A DNA stretch of 34,874 bases. Source: Gammaproteobacteria bacterium (GTDB taxonomy: Bacteria > Pseudomonadota > Gammaproteobacteria > UBA6429 > Thiohalophilaceae). Numbering within the stretch: position 1 is the first letter of the stretch; the number at the start of each line of letters is the position of its first letter. The stretch spans positions 1 through 34,874 of the forward strand of contig JAHEIJ010000001.1 of NCBI GenBank assembly GCA_024639445.1. The letters run 5' to 3'. The position numbers and the translations under genes are program-made. Positions 8,358 to 18,465 of the stretch are shown piece after piece. Under the pieces are notes generated by a model that saw only the letters and a program-made list of their open reading frames with translations, had not been told where the DNA came from and did no database searches.

Positions 8358-11300
8358 TTACTCTTTGGACAAAATTGGCGCCTGGTAGGGGACCTTGAAG
8401 AATATGGCATAGAGTACCGGCACTACGATTAACGTCAATACGGTGGCAAACCCCAGCCCGAACATGATGGTCACCGCCATGGCGACAAAGAAAGCATCGG
8501 TCAATAATGGCAACATACCCAGGATGGTGGTTCCCGCGGCCATCGCCACCGGGATTAAACGGCTTACACCCGAATCAACAATAGCCTGAAACGGCGGCTT
8601 GCCTGCTGCCAGGTCGGCATCAATTTGATCGATCAAAACAATGGCATTCTTGATCAACATCCCCGACAGACTCATTAATCCGAGTAAAGCCATAAAGCCA
8701 AAGGGTTGAGCGAAAATCAGCAGACCCGCGGTCACACCGATTAATGACAAGGGAACAGTCAACCAGATAATGAGCGTCTTTTTGATCGAGTTGAACAACA
8801 TCAGCACGATCAACACCATTAACCCGAAAAAGATCGGTATCGTCTCGGCCAATGCAGCCTGTGCCCGGGCGGAGTCTTCTGCCTCGCCACCCCATGCCAT
8901 GCTATATCCCAGCTCATCCTTAAGGGGAATAATATCCTGCTCAATGATGGGAATAGTACTGGCAGTAAATCCGGCAAAGGGATCTTCGCCCTCAGCAAAG
9001 TGTTCATCAAAATACTGTGCCAGATCGACGTTCAGGGCTTGCTCAATCTTTGGCTTGATGCGGTTAAACAATTGACTGGGTAACTCATCCCGCGCATCGA
9101 TATGGTAACGCAACATTTTTTCACGGTTGCGCCGCCAGATAAAAGGATCCTCAAACTCGGTATTGAACTCCGTCACCACCTGACCGATAGGGATCTGGGT
9201 TTGTGCCGCCGGGCTCCAGATCTGGATGCCGCCAAGATTATCCAGATCGACCCGTTCATCTTCCGGAGAGCGGGCCACGATATTGAGCAGTTCATCATCT
9301 TCCCGATAAACACCGGCTACCGTGCCCTCTATCGCATATTGCATGGCGCGCGCTACATCGGGGCGGTCGATCCCCGCACGGCGGGCCTGGGCCTCGGCCA
9401 GTTGAGGACGCAGGACTTTTATCTTCTCACCCCATTCTTTCCTGACTGCCTTGGCACCGGGATCGCTGAAGACAATCTCTTCCACTTCCTGACCCAGCTG
9501 ACGCAGTGTTGCGGGGTCCGGTCCGGATATACGCAACTGGATTTTCCCACCCGTGGCCGGACCATTCACAAACATCCGGACATTGGTTATGGGCTCGGGA
9601 AAATGTGCTTCAAGCTCAGCCTGCAGGCTGACAAACAGTCCTGGGATGATCCGGCTATCGTCCACATCCACAATCATACGGCCAAACGCATGACTTGGAT
9701 ATTCCGGGGTATAGGTCAGCAGGAAACGGGGTTGACCGCCACCGATCTCGGTGGTGACATGCTTGATGTCCTCTTTCTCCAGCAGAAACTTTTCTATCGC
9801 TGCCATTTTCCGGCTGGTTTCCTCAATATGCGTGCCGTTGGGATACCAGAAATCAATATAAAACTGGGGCCGGGTCGAATCAGGGAAGAAACTGTTTTTC
9901 ATGAAACCAAATCCGAACATGGCGGATAAAAACAGGACAATGACTACCCCGATGGTCACCCAACGAAATTGGATACTGAGAATTAAAAAGCGCTTGTAGA
10001 CCTGAAACAGTTTGCCGGCATAAGGATCCTTTGCATCACCTTCTGTCACCGGCTTGGTCTTGAGAAAGGTTTTACACAGCAGCGGCGTACTGGTCACCGC
10101 CGTCACCCAGCTTAGTAACAGGGAAATCAGAATCACATAAAACAGTGAGGCGGTATATTCACCGGTGGAATCGTCGGAGGTCCCAATCGAAGCAAACGCT
10201 GTGACCGCTACAACGGTGGCACCCAAAAGCGGCACAGCGGTCTGCCCCACTACCTGTTTCGCAGCCGATAGGGCATCCAGTCCCTGCTCCATTTTTACCC
10301 GCATGCCGTCCGTCACTACAATGGCATTGTCCACCAGCATCCCAAGAGCAATCACTAGTGCTCCAAGGGAAATGCGTTCAAGCGTGATATCCCCCAAGTC
10401 CATAAAAATGAACGTACCGGCAATGGTAATAAACAACACGCCGCCGATGATCAGCCCACTGCGTAGCCCCATGAATCCCAGCAACACGACAATGACAATT
10501 GCCACTGCCGCTAGCAGATTCTTAATAAAACCGTTAATCGCTTCGGTCACCGCCTGTGACTGCAAGGCAATAATGTGACCTTCCATACCCAGTGGAAACA
10601 ACGGCTTTAACTGCTCTATACGGGCATTCAGGGCACGGCCCATGGTTACTACGTTGCCGCCTGAAACAGTGGAAATGGCCAGACCGATTGCCGGTCTGCC
10701 GTCAAAACGCAGCAAGACATTGGACGGTTCCTGATAACCCCGGCTGATGGTGGCGACATCTTTCAAATACACGAGGCGATCGTTTTCCTGATTTCGACCG
10801 CGAATCAGCAGATCACCAAACTCCTGTTCTGACTGAAATTCACCGGTGGGATTAACGGGAATATATTCAGGCCCAAGGGTCACATGACCACTCGCGGCGG
10901 GCAGGTTTTTTGCGGCAAGTGCTGTATAGATTTCCTGTGGCGAAATATCGAACTCCGCCATTTGCTCGCGCTGCATCTCCACATACACCACTTCCGGTTG
11001 GTTGCCAAATATGATGATGCGTTTAACGTCCACGACTTGCAGCAATTCCCGTTGCAGGAACTTTGCAAACTCATAGACTTCCTGGTTGGTATAACCTTCA
11101 TTGGTGATCGCCACATAGATACCAAATACATCGCCAAAATCATCATTGACGATGGATGGCCCTGCGCCGGGTGGAAGCTGGGACTGACGATCTATTACCT
11201 TGCGGCGCAGCTCGTCCCAGACCTGGGGGAGTTCAGCCTTGCCGTAGGTTTTCTTGATGAAGGCCTTGACGATGGATAGACCACGTTGCGAGCGGGATTC

Positions 11301-11540
11301 CACATAATCCAGTTGTCCCAGTTCCTGTAGCGCCTGTTCAATGACGTTGGTGACTTCCTCTTCCACCTCGGCCGCAGAGGCACCGGGATAGGGGGTATAG
11401 ATCAGCGCTTCCTTGATAGTGAATTCGGGATCTTCCAGCCGACTGAGATTCATGAATGAAAAAATACCGACCAACGCCATCAGGATGGTCAGCACCCAGG
11501 TGATGACGCTCTTTCTGATACTCCATTCGGCAATATTCAC
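8358..11540 (-). CDS. RND family efflux transporter, inner-membrane permease subunit (AcrB/HAE1-like)
   Basis: 1060 aa with the 12-TM / two large periplasmic loop architecture. Typical N-terminus (AEWSIRKSVITWVLTILM) and internal duplication. The GTG start overlaps the adaptor stop by 1 nt (TAGTG). Confidence 0.95.
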   Translation of the reverse strand: MNIAEWSIRKSVITWVLTILMALVGIFSFMNLSRLEDPEFTIKEALIYTPYPGASAAEVEEEVTNVIEQALQELGQLDYVESRSQRGLSIVKAFIKKTYGKAELPQVWDELRRKVIDRQSQLPPGAGPSIVNDDFGDVFGIYVAITNEGYTNQEVYEFAKFLQRELLQVVDVKRIIIFGNQPEVVYVEMQREQMAEFDISPQEIYTALAAKNLPAASGHVTLGPEYIPVNPTGEFQSEQEFGDLLIRGRNQENDRLVYLKDVATISRGYQEPSNVLLRFDGRPAIGLAISTVSGGNVVTMGRALNARIEQLKPLFPLGMEGHIIALQSQAVTEAINGFIKNLLAAVAIVIVVLLGFMGLRSGLIIGGVLFITIAGTFIFMDLGDITLERISLGALVIALGMLVDNAIVVTDGMRVKMEQGLDALSAAKQVVGQTAVPLLGATVVAVTAFASIGTSDDSTGEYTASLFYVILISLLLSWVTAVTSTPLLCKTFLKTKPVTEGDAKDPYAGKLFQVYKRFLILSIQFRWVTIGVVIVLFLSAMFGFGFMKNSFFPDSTRPQFYIDFWYPNGTHIEETSRKMAAIEKFLLEKEDIKHVTTEIGGGQPRFLLTYTPEYPSHAFGRMIVDVDDSRIIPGLFVSLQAELEAHFPEPITNVRMFVNGPATGGKIQLRISGPDPATLRQLGQEVEEIVFSDPGAKAVRKEWGEKIKVLRPQLAEAQARRAGIDRPDVARAMQYAIEGTVAGVYREDDELLNIVARSPEDERVDLDNLGGIQIWSPAAQTQIPIGQVVTEFNTEFEDPFIWRRNREKMLRYHIDARDELPSQLFNRIKPKIEQALNVDLAQYFDEHFAEGEDPFAGFTASTIPIIEQDIIPLKDELGYSMAWGGEAEDSARAQAALAETIPIFFGLMVLIVLMLFNSIKKTLIIWLTVPLSLIGVTAGLLIFAQPFGFMALLGLMSLSGMLIKNAIVLIDQIDADLAAGKPPFQAIVDSGVSRLIPVAMAAGTTILGMLPLLTDAFFVAMAVTIMFGLGFATVLTLIVVPVLYAIFFKVPYQAPILSKE

Positions 11541-12637
11541 TAGTAATCGATCCTGTCCACCGGCCGGACCTGCATGCCTTCCCTTAACTGACTCACACCG
11601 GCAATGGCGATCATCTCTCCCGATTTAATACCGGAAATAATTTCAATTTGATCAGAGCCCGATAAATTTCCTGTAGTCACTTGCCTGGCATGTACAATGT
11701 TGTCAGGTTGTTTGATGATCCAGACATGGGACTGACTTTTTTCATCCGCGAAAACCGCAATGGCAGGAATGGTAAAAGTAGCCGGCACCTGGCTTTCATC
11801 CAGATCCCCTCTGGACGCATGCACATTTGCCGTCATCCCCGGCAGGATATTGCGCCCTTCCGGCCGGGGCATGGTCAGCACATACTCAAAGGTCTGGGTA
11901 GTCGCATCCGCCTGGGTAGAAAATTCCTTAATGGTCAGAGGAAATTCTTCACCCGGAATAGCATTAAATTCAGCATATAATTTAGCGTTACGCGGCCCTC
12001 CCTCTCGCATAATGGCCACGATATGTTCCGGCACATAAATTACCAGTTCCAGAAGCGAGGTATCCTGCAGGCTGACGATCTCTTGCTTGGCACGAACTTC
12101 GGTAAAATTCTCCACAAAACGTTGTGCAACTACACCACCAAACGGCGCTTTTAAAGAAGTGTCATCCAGGGCCTTTTTGACCTTGTCGAGTTCGGCCGCA
12201 CTGACATCGCGGCGGGCAATCAACCGGTCATAATCGGTCCGGGAGATAAAGCCTTTCTTTACCAGTTCATCGCCACGTTTAAAGTTGGCCAGCGCTTTAT
12301 CAAATTCCGCCTGGGCAGATTGCAGGTTACTTTTGTAGTCCCGTTGATCGAGACGCCCAATCAAGTCGCCCTGCTCCACTTGCTGGCCTTTCTTTACCGG
12401 CAATTCAATGACTTTACCGGGAACCTGAAACGCCAGTTCGACCCGATCCGAGGCACGCACCCTGGCGGTAAATGTTCGCTGAAACTCACTGCTTGCGCCA
12501 GCTATCAGCAAAGTTTTGACAGGGCGGACGACGGGTTTTACTTCCTGGGTTTGCTCGCCACATCCGGCCAGCCACGTGGCTAAAACTGGAACCAGGCACA
12601 GAAAATGAGAAACTCTTGAGAATGGAGTAATATGCAT
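11540..12637 (-). CDS. RND efflux periplasmic adaptor (membrane fusion protein), lipoprotein
   Basis: Lipobox LAGC at the N-terminus and a biotinyl/lipoyl-like hairpin (FQVPGKVIEL...GDLIGRLD). Alpha-hairpin and beta-barrel regions typical of HlyD/AcrA-family adaptors. Translationally coupled to the permease. Confidence 0.9.
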   Translation of the reverse strand: MHITPFSRVSHFLCLVPVLATWLAGCGEQTQEVKPVVRPVKTLLIAGASSEFQRTFTARVRASDRVELAFQVPGKVIELPVKKGQQVEQGDLIGRLDQRDYKSNLQSAQAEFDKALANFKRGDELVKKGFISRTDYDRLIARRDVSAAELDKVKKALDDTSLKAPFGGVVAQRFVENFTEVRAKQEIVSLQDTSLLELVIYVPEHIVAIMREGGPRNAKLYAEFNAIPGEEFPLTIKEFSTQADATTQTFEYVLTMPRPEGRNILPGMTANVHASRGDLDESQVPATFTIPAIAVFADEKSQSHVWIIKQPDNIVHARQVTTGNLSGSDQIEIISGIKSGEMIAIAGVSQLREGMQVRPVDRIDY

Positions 12638-12711
12638 GACTTTCTCTACATTAAGTGGAGAACTAGATCATCTAATAGAACTTGAATCCAGGCAAGTCAT
12701 TTAATCAGAAT

Positions 12712-13203
12712 TCATGTTTCATACAATCCATGGCGTTTGTGCCAATGCTCAATACTTTCGTCGGGGTATCGATCAAAATGGCGATGCCGCTGACCCGATG
12801 GTATTTCTACCCAGGAGGCAGCGAATTCGAGCATGATATGGACTAACTCTGGCGGCCTGGGTAATGGTGTGTTCACAACGGAGGCATAGGGATAGAACCA
12901 CTCCGGCCAGCGTGGGTCTGCCGCCCATAAGGGGCTGCCACACTGACGACAAAAAAAACGCTTCCCTTCACCTGGCACCAGATTGTCTGTGACAGGGTCA
13001 TGCTGCATACCATGATGAAAGACCAGATTGTCCTGTCCTTGTACAATTAATGACTCCACCTGCGCCATGATGTTAATACCATAACCACCACTACCTGATG
13101 TCTTGCGGCAAAAGGAACAATAACAACGCATATACGGATAAGGCGTATGGGAAATAGCAGAAAACTTTACCTCGCCACAATAACACGAACCCTCAATATT
13201 CAT
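12712..13203 (-). CDS. GFA (glutathione-dependent formaldehyde-activating / CENP-V) family zinc protein
   Basis: GSCYCGEVKF...CYCSFCRKTSG...FCRQCGSPLW cysteine pattern of the GFA fold. Confidence 0.85.
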   Translation of the reverse strand: MNIEGSCYCGEVKFSAISHTPYPYMRCYCSFCRKTSGSGGYGINIMAQVESLIVQGQDNLVFHHGMQHDPVTDNLVPGEGKRFFCRQCGSPLWAADPRWPEWFYPYASVVNTPLPRPPELVHIMLEFAASWVEIPSGQRHRHFDRYPDESIEHWHKRHGLYET

Positions 13204-13228
13204 GCTGTCACCAATTATTTCAGGTTTC

Positions 13229-14716
13229 TTATTTCTTCTTAAGCGATTGTTTCAAACGCTGACAAACTGTTTTTAATACTTCTATACGTGCAAACAGCTT
13301 GTCATTAGCCGGGATTAATGACCAGGGCGCATGGCCGGTGCTGGTATGCTCAACCATAGCCTTGACCGCCTGCTTGTACTCATCCCATTTCTCGCGATTA
13401 CGCCAATCCTCTTCCGTAATCTTGTACTGCTTCCAGCTGATTTCTTCCCTTTCTTTGAATCGCCTTAGCTGCTCTTCCGGGCTAATATGCAGCCAGAACT
13501 TGATTATCACAATACCATTCTCAACAAGCTGCTCCTCAAAAGTATTAATCTCCTGATAAGCACGCATCCATTCATTGGTCGGTGCGTAGCCCTCTACCCG
13601 CTCAACCAATACCCGTCCATACCAGGAACGGTCATAAATCGTCATATATCCTGCTCGTGGCACATGACGCCAGAAACGCCACAGATAATGCTGTGCCCGT
13701 TCTTCGTCCGTTGGTGTCGCAACGGAGATTGAACGAAACAATCTGGCGTCAATCGCTGAGGTCATACGGCGAATAGCACCACCTTTGCCTGCCGCATCCC
13801 AACCTTCAAACACAATAATAGTGGAACGCTTGGCGTCATACATTTCCCACGATAATTCATGCAATTCTTTTTTATAACGATGTAAAGACTCGGTATATTT
13901 GTCACGCGTCAGAGAAGCGGTTAAATCAACACGGTCAAGTATCGTCAGTGGTTGATTATCAACCGAAATGATTGGCTCCTGGCTCTGGCCATGCTGCTCT
14001 CTGGTTCGATGTTCCTCAAGTCGTTGCCACATCATCGGAATTAATACCTGGGCCACACTGTAGTCCCGAAACCATTTATCATCAGATTCGACCAGGTGCC
14101 AGGGACACTCACCGCTGTCTGTTAATCGAATACAACGCTCGGCAGCAGCCAGGTACTCGTCATAAGCTTTAACGCCAGTCCCCTCTCCCGGTAACCCTTT
14201 AATATGTTTTTGTATTTCATAACGCTTTTTAATACGCTTGGTATGGCTTCGCCTGGAGAGGTGAAACCAGAGTTTGATAATTAGCATGCCATCCAATGAC
14301 AACATGCGTTCATGGTCACTAATTGCTCGACTGGTTTCATCCAGATCCTGATCAGTTATAGTTCCATGCGCCCGCTCACTTAAAGGTTCCCAGTACCAAC
14401 CACCGAACATGATTCCGATGCTTCCCCGGGCAGGCATTCTCTTCCAAAACCGCCAGGCTTCCGGGTGTTCCTTCTCTTCGTCAGTCTCATCCCAGAATGC
14501 GTGTGTCTGGATGCCACGGTTATCAAACCACTTATTCAAACGATTAACCACATCACCTTTGCCGGCCGCCTCGACGCCAGCCACAATAATCAAAGTCGCA
14601 ATTTTTGCCTCACGTAATTCGCGTTGCAACTCCAATAACTGGGCACGAATTTCTGCTTCCTGTTCCTTGAATTCATCCTTAGGAATAGATTGCCCTAATT
14701 CAACTGACTCAAACAT
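13229..14716 (-). CDS. pap: Polyphosphate:AMP phosphotransferase (two-domain PPK2 family, PAP)
   Basis: Two tandem PPK2 domains, each with a Walker-A-like G(V/W)(E/D)AAGKG motif (IIVAGVEAAGKGD and VFEGWDAAGKGG) and RxWY lid motifs. The 495-aa length is typical for PAP. Confidence 0.9.
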   Translation of the reverse strand: MFESVELGQSIPKDEFKEQEAEIRAQLLELQRELREAKIATLIIVAGVEAAGKGDVVNRLNKWFDNRGIQTHAFWDETDEEKEHPEAWRFWKRMPARGSIGIMFGGWYWEPLSERAHGTITDQDLDETSRAISDHERMLSLDGMLIIKLWFHLSRRSHTKRIKKRYEIQKHIKGLPGEGTGVKAYDEYLAAAERCIRLTDSGECPWHLVESDDKWFRDYSVAQVLIPMMWQRLEEHRTREQHGQSQEPIISVDNQPLTILDRVDLTASLTRDKYTESLHRYKKELHELSWEMYDAKRSTIIVFEGWDAAGKGGAIRRMTSAIDARLFRSISVATPTDEERAQHYLWRFWRHVPRAGYMTIYDRSWYGRVLVERVEGYAPTNEWMRAYQEINTFEEQLVENGIVIIKFWLHISPEEQLRRFKEREEISWKQYKITEEDWRNREKWDEYKQAVKAMVEHTSTGHAPWSLIPANDKLFARIEVLKTVCQRLKQSLKKK

Positions 14717-14802
14717 GATGTTGTTCTATTGTATTGAAGTTTGTCTAATAAATTATAGTGAATTCTGAGTAAACGCAAATGTTGAATTTTATTACTGATA
14801 AT

Positions 14803-14836
14803 AAAAAAGCCCTGAATTGCTGGTCAGGGCTTTTAT
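14803..14836 (-). terminator. Rho-independent (bidirectional-type) terminator after the Spy/CpxP-like gene
   Basis: Stem GCCCTGA (14809-14815) / TCAGGGC (14824-14830) with an 8-nt loop. It is flanked by an A-run upstream and TTTTATTT downstream, so it reads as stem plus U-tract on either strand. Confidence 0.8.
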
Positions 14837-14870
14837 TTGACAAGTATTGAAGTACAACAATAAATACGGC

Positions 14871-15344
14871 CTAGTGTCTGTAGTGGCCCTTTTGCTTTCC
14901 TTTCATGGCCTTTTTGATAACTTTCATATCAAACAGTACCCGTTGCTCAGCATTCAGCACCTCACGCTTCGCCGCAATATACCTGTACTTCTCCTTCATT
15001 TTGGCATTTTTGAGCTTGGTCAACTCATCGATCTTTTTATTGATCGCCGCCGTGGCAGGTTTATCTGCTGTTACCAGCAATGCAAGGTCAACCTTGATTG
15101 TTTTGATTTTTGTCTTGATCGGCACCTGTACTTTCATATGTTCAAGTTTGATTTTGGCCAGCGTGTTGCGCTGCTTATCGGTGAGAGTGTCTTTCCAACA
15201 GGCTCCATACATACCCTGACCACAGTGCATGCCACCTTTACCCATGCCGCGCTCAGCATTTGCAGCCGCAGACAATCCCAGACTCCCGATGACTGTCAGC
15301 ATCAAAACCATAACCTTATAAGTGCCACTATTTAATCTAGTCAT
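14871..15344 (-). CDS. Periplasmic Spy/CpxP/ZraP-like (LTxxQ motif) protein
   Basis: Signal peptide ending AAANA and two LTxxQ-type motifs (LTDKQRNTL, LNAEQRVLF) in helical K-rich repeats. AAGGAGG lies 8 nt upstream of the ATG at 15344. Confidence 0.8.
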   Translation of the reverse strand: MTRLNSGTYKVMVLMLTVIGSLGLSAAANAERGMGKGGMHCGQGMYGACWKDTLTDKQRNTLAKIKLEHMKVQVPIKTKIKTIKVDLALLVTADKPATAAINKKIDELTKLKNAKMKEKYRYIAAKREVLNAEQRVLFDMKVIKKAMKGKQKGHYRH

Positions 15345-15632
15345 TATCATCTCCTCCTTATTGAACAGGTTAATTGTAGTCAAGAATTCGAAAAATACAT
15401 ATATAGTTCACATTTACACGGCCATAAGAGAATGCTCTATCTTTTATTTCTACAAAAGTCTACTAACCCCAACTCATCAAACCTACTTAATTGCTCTTTT
15501 GATAACATAATCACAAAACAAAGAAATTAACTGAACTCACTGTGACAGAGTTACTCAAATATCACGCTTGCAACTGCTCAAATACAACCTGGCATGATAA
15601 TTTTAATAAACCACGGATCGGAGCGATAATAT

Positions 15633-16175
15633 ATGATTTACTTTAATCTCGGCTATCTCAGGAAAATCATGGCGCTCGGCTTTTCAGCCATATTCTTTCT
15701 ATTTGCGTTTTCACTTGCCGGTCTTACACTGCAACAAATCTGGTACGGCTTCACTGGCTCGGAGAACTTGATCAGTTCATTTGTAAAAGGAATTAATATT
15801 GCAGTTATTGCTCTTGCAATTTTTGAGCTTGGCCTGGTTGTAAGCAAAGAATATGGTGAGCATAAAGACGACCATATAGTCATAGTGCTCCGCCGCACCG
15901 TGCCCCGTTTTGTTAGTATAGTATGTATCGCACTGGTACTTGAAGGACTTTTGCTCGTAATAAAATACAGTCAACTCGACCTGGCCGGCAACCTCTACTA
16001 CCCGGTTGCTATTATCATTTCCGCTAGCCTGTTACTCATCGCTCTCGGAATTTTTCTGCGCTTTTCAAATTACTCCGAGGAAGAAGCGTACGAGCCACAA
16101 CAATTACCACAACATGAACAGGCTTCATGTGTACCTCGCTCCTTGAATACACGATATCCATTACCCGAAATGTGA
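15633..16175 (+). CDS. Hypothetical integral membrane protein (about 4 TM)
   Basis: 180-codon ORF with four hydrophobic segments and an acidic/Q-rich tail. GGAG lies 8 nt upstream. It is flanked by about 250-bp AT-rich spacers on both sides. Confidence 0.65.
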   Translation: MIYFNLGYLRKIMALGFSAIFFLFAFSLAGLTLQQIWYGFTGSENLISSFVKGINIAVIALAIFELGLVVSKEYGEHKDDHIVIVLRRTVPRFVSIVCIALVLEGLLLVIKYSQLDLAGNLYYPVAIIISASLLLIALGIFLRFSNYSEEEAYEPQQLPQHEQASCVPRSLNTRYPLPEM

Positions 16176-16434
16176 ATCAATCATAAATCAATCTGCGTCA
16201 GTTGTTAGTGTTTATTCAAATCCTTAAAAAAATATCTTTCTCTCATAATTATGCCACTCATACTCCTAAATAATTATTATTACTGCACAATACAGAATAT
16301 TTATATCGTACTATGCTAGTTATTCTTAAACAGAACTTTACAGCATAGCCTTATGCTGTCGGATTCCCCCTAAATCAATAAGGGATTCCATTATGCATCA
16401 TACAATCTAATCTAACAGTCAATGGAGGTGTGTT

Positions 16435-17016
16435 ATGAGCCATATCCTGGACGAAGTGCTGGCGGCAAATGCAGAATATGTCGCTGATTTTGGTGATAAA
16501 TCTAATCTGCCGCTCCCGCCGGGAAGACACTTCGCAATATTAACTTGTATGGATGCGCGTCTTGATCCGGCCAAATATGCCGGCTTGGCAGAGGGTGATG
16601 CCCATGTTATTCGAAATGCCGGTGGCCGCGCTAGCGATGACGCTATTCGGTCCCTGGTCATTTCCTACAAGTTACTTGGAACGCGAGAGTGGTTTGTAAT
16701 TCATCATACCGACTGCGGAATGGAAACTTTCACTGATGATATTATGCGGGAACTGCTTGCCAGCAGTCTGAAAACAGCCACAGTTGATAGTTCAGGCTGG
16801 CATGACACAGGTAAAGGCCCCGGCTCGAACGAAGCTAATTACATCGACTGGCTGACTTTTTCCGATAATGCCAGGAGTGTAATTGAAGATGTGGAACGAA
16901 TCCGTAATCATCCTCTGGTTCCGCATGATATCCCGGTATATGGCTACATTTATGATGTCAAAACCGGCAAACTGGTCGAAGTCCCGGAAGCCACCCGGTT
17001 GGGAAAGGTCGCTTAA
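16435..17016 (+). CDS. Beta-class carbonic anhydrase
   Basis: Zinc ligand motifs CMDARLDP and HHTDCGM, with VIRNAGGR between them. GGAGGTG Shine-Dalgarno. Confidence 0.9.
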   Translation: MSHILDEVLAANAEYVADFGDKSNLPLPPGRHFAILTCMDARLDPAKYAGLAEGDAHVIRNAGGRASDDAIRSLVISYKLLGTREWFVIHHTDCGMETFTDDIMRELLASSLKTATVDSSGWHDTGKGPGSNEANYIDWLTFSDNARSVIEDVERIRNHPLVPHDIPVYGYIYDVKTGKLVEVPEATRLGKVA

Positions 17017-17039
17017 ACACTTCGGGCTTGTGTCAGGTG

Positions 17040-17077
17040 GGGCAGGACCAACTAATTGGCCCTGCCCAATTTGTTTT
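17040..17077. terminator. Bidirectional terminator between convergent carbonic anhydrase and DLH-fold genes
   Basis: 12-bp stem with one mismatch (GGGCAGGACCAA 17040-17051 / TTGGCCCTGCCC 17056-17067) and a 4-nt loop, followed by AATTTGTTTT. Confidence 0.7.
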
Positions 17078-17089
17078 ACAATAAATATT

Positions 17090-17968
17090 TCAATTTATGT
17101 AAGGTTTCAGCTGCTTATTAATGAAAATTGTTGCACGTTGAATTGCATCTTTTGATGCCAGATCATCTGCAAAAGTTCGAACATTTTCGGGACGAAAATC
17201 AAATCCGCGACCTACACCTGGATAAATGATTAAACGTGCGTCCATACCTTTGTCTTGCAGAACCTTGATGCTTGTTTGCGCCACACGCATCCGTTGATAT
17301 TGATCATCTTCTCCGATGAACACCAGAACCGGTATATCAAGCTGTTCGATTTCAGGAGCATAGCCGTAAACCTGCGCGGGTTCCGGGGCATTAGGATCCT
17401 GTAGATGAGGATAGTAAGACACATAACAGGCAATGTCTTTTTTCTGTCGCTTGAAAGTGGTAGCGACTTTCAAAGTGTAATAACCACCGCGGGTGTGAGA
17501 ATAGAGACAGGCCTTACTGCTGCTGATATCCTTGCGTGCCAATAGCACATCCACCGCCTTATCGACATCTTTTTCAAGTTCATAGTCGTGTTCAATGGGA
17601 TGTGTCCCGATAAAATGGGCCTTGTAGATATCAGGCGCAAGCACGACAAAACCTCGTGCAGCCAGGCGCCTGGCATGGCGTTGCACCAGATCATCCAGCC
17701 CACGACGTCCATGCTGAAATAATATTGCGGGATATTTGCCTTTCTTACTGGGGCGCACCACCATCGCCGGCACATCAATATCATCACTTTGGTATTCGAT
17801 CCAGGTGGTTTGGACATCATAGTTGGTTGGCACTTCAATCTTGCCATCGTTCCACCAGGCGTCACTCCACCACCAGGAATTATCATGTTTGACATCTTGC
17901 GCAAGACTATTCCCCACTATCAACAAGAGAGCGCTACTTATTATCAGGGTAGGTATTCTATAATTCAC
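17090..17968 (-). CDS. Secreted dienelactone hydrolase-fold protein with a non-canonical catalytic triad
   Basis: Signal peptide (IISSALLLIVGNSLAQD). DLH-like core (AILFQHGRRG...RLAARGFVVLAPDIY...IGEDDQ...IIYPGVGRGF). See the finding on triad substitutions. Confidence 0.85.
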   Translation of the reverse strand: MNYRIPTLIISSALLLIVGNSLAQDVKHDNSWWWSDAWWNDGKIEVPTNYDVQTTWIEYQSDDIDVPAMVVRPSKKGKYPAILFQHGRRGLDDLVQRHARRLAARGFVVLAPDIYKAHFIGTHPIEHDYELEKDVDKAVDVLLARKDISSSKACLYSHTRGGYYTLKVATTFKRQKKDIACYVSYYPHLQDPNAPEPAQVYGYAPEIEQLDIPVLVFIGEDDQYQRMRVAQTSIKVLQDKGMDARLIIYPGVGRGFDFRPENVRTFADDLASKDAIQRATIFINKQLKPYIN

Positions 17969-18039
17969 TTTCCCTCCATATATAAAAATTAATAATTATT
18001 TTATTATATTAATCACCGTAATCAGGCAAAATGTGTGTT

Positions 18040-18237
18040 TCAACTACAATAACTATACTCTGCCTGGACATCCATGAGGCACTTCGCGCACAGGCAATCT
18101 AGATACTTCGATGCAATATATTCGAGTTGCTTCTCTGTAAGCTCCACTGATTGACAGTCACATAATAGTACCGATCCGGATCTGCACTCGAACAGATTAG
18201 AACAACGCGGACACTTTTTTACTTCGTGAGATGGCAT
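18040..18237 (-). CDS. Cysteine-rich CWC family small protein
   Basis: KKCPRCSNLFECRSGSVLLCDCQSVELTEKQL...CLCAKC cysteine pattern. ATG at 18237 is preferred over the TTG at 18255. Confidence 0.7.
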   Translation of the reverse strand: MPSHEVKKCPRCSNLFECRSGSVLLCDCQSVELTEKQLEYIASKYLDCLCAKCLMDVQAEYSYCS

Positions 18238-18465
18238 GCTGAGTTTATTAATCAATCAGCAATTCCCTCAAGCTGCTCTATGAGCATGCGTCGCTTTTTT
18301 GTTGCCCGCCATTTTCGAAAACTCTAACAACAGTTTTTTATCCCCCCTATGAATCGAATCAGAAATGATCGTCCTGTCACATCGGAACTTACATTTAGCA
18401 TTAACTTTTCATCCTTCATTGATATTTTTATATACTTAAAGCTAATTGCATTTGTGTTTATGTAT

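Noticed and set aside
9102-9929. 275-aa plus-strand ORF, along with 8770-9075, 10165-10578 and 10884-11279, inside the RND permease gene
   Set aside because: These ORFs are antisense to a 1060-aa ORF with unmistakable AcrB-family features. Their translations are low-complexity (R/G/L/H-rich), they have no RBS, and I recognise no motif. They are typical shadow ORFs.
14847-15335. 162-aa plus-strand ORF overlapping the Spy/CpxP-like gene
   Set aside because: The minus-strand product has a signal peptide, LTxxQ motifs, a strong AAGGAGG RBS and a terminator. The plus-strand translation has no recognisable features.
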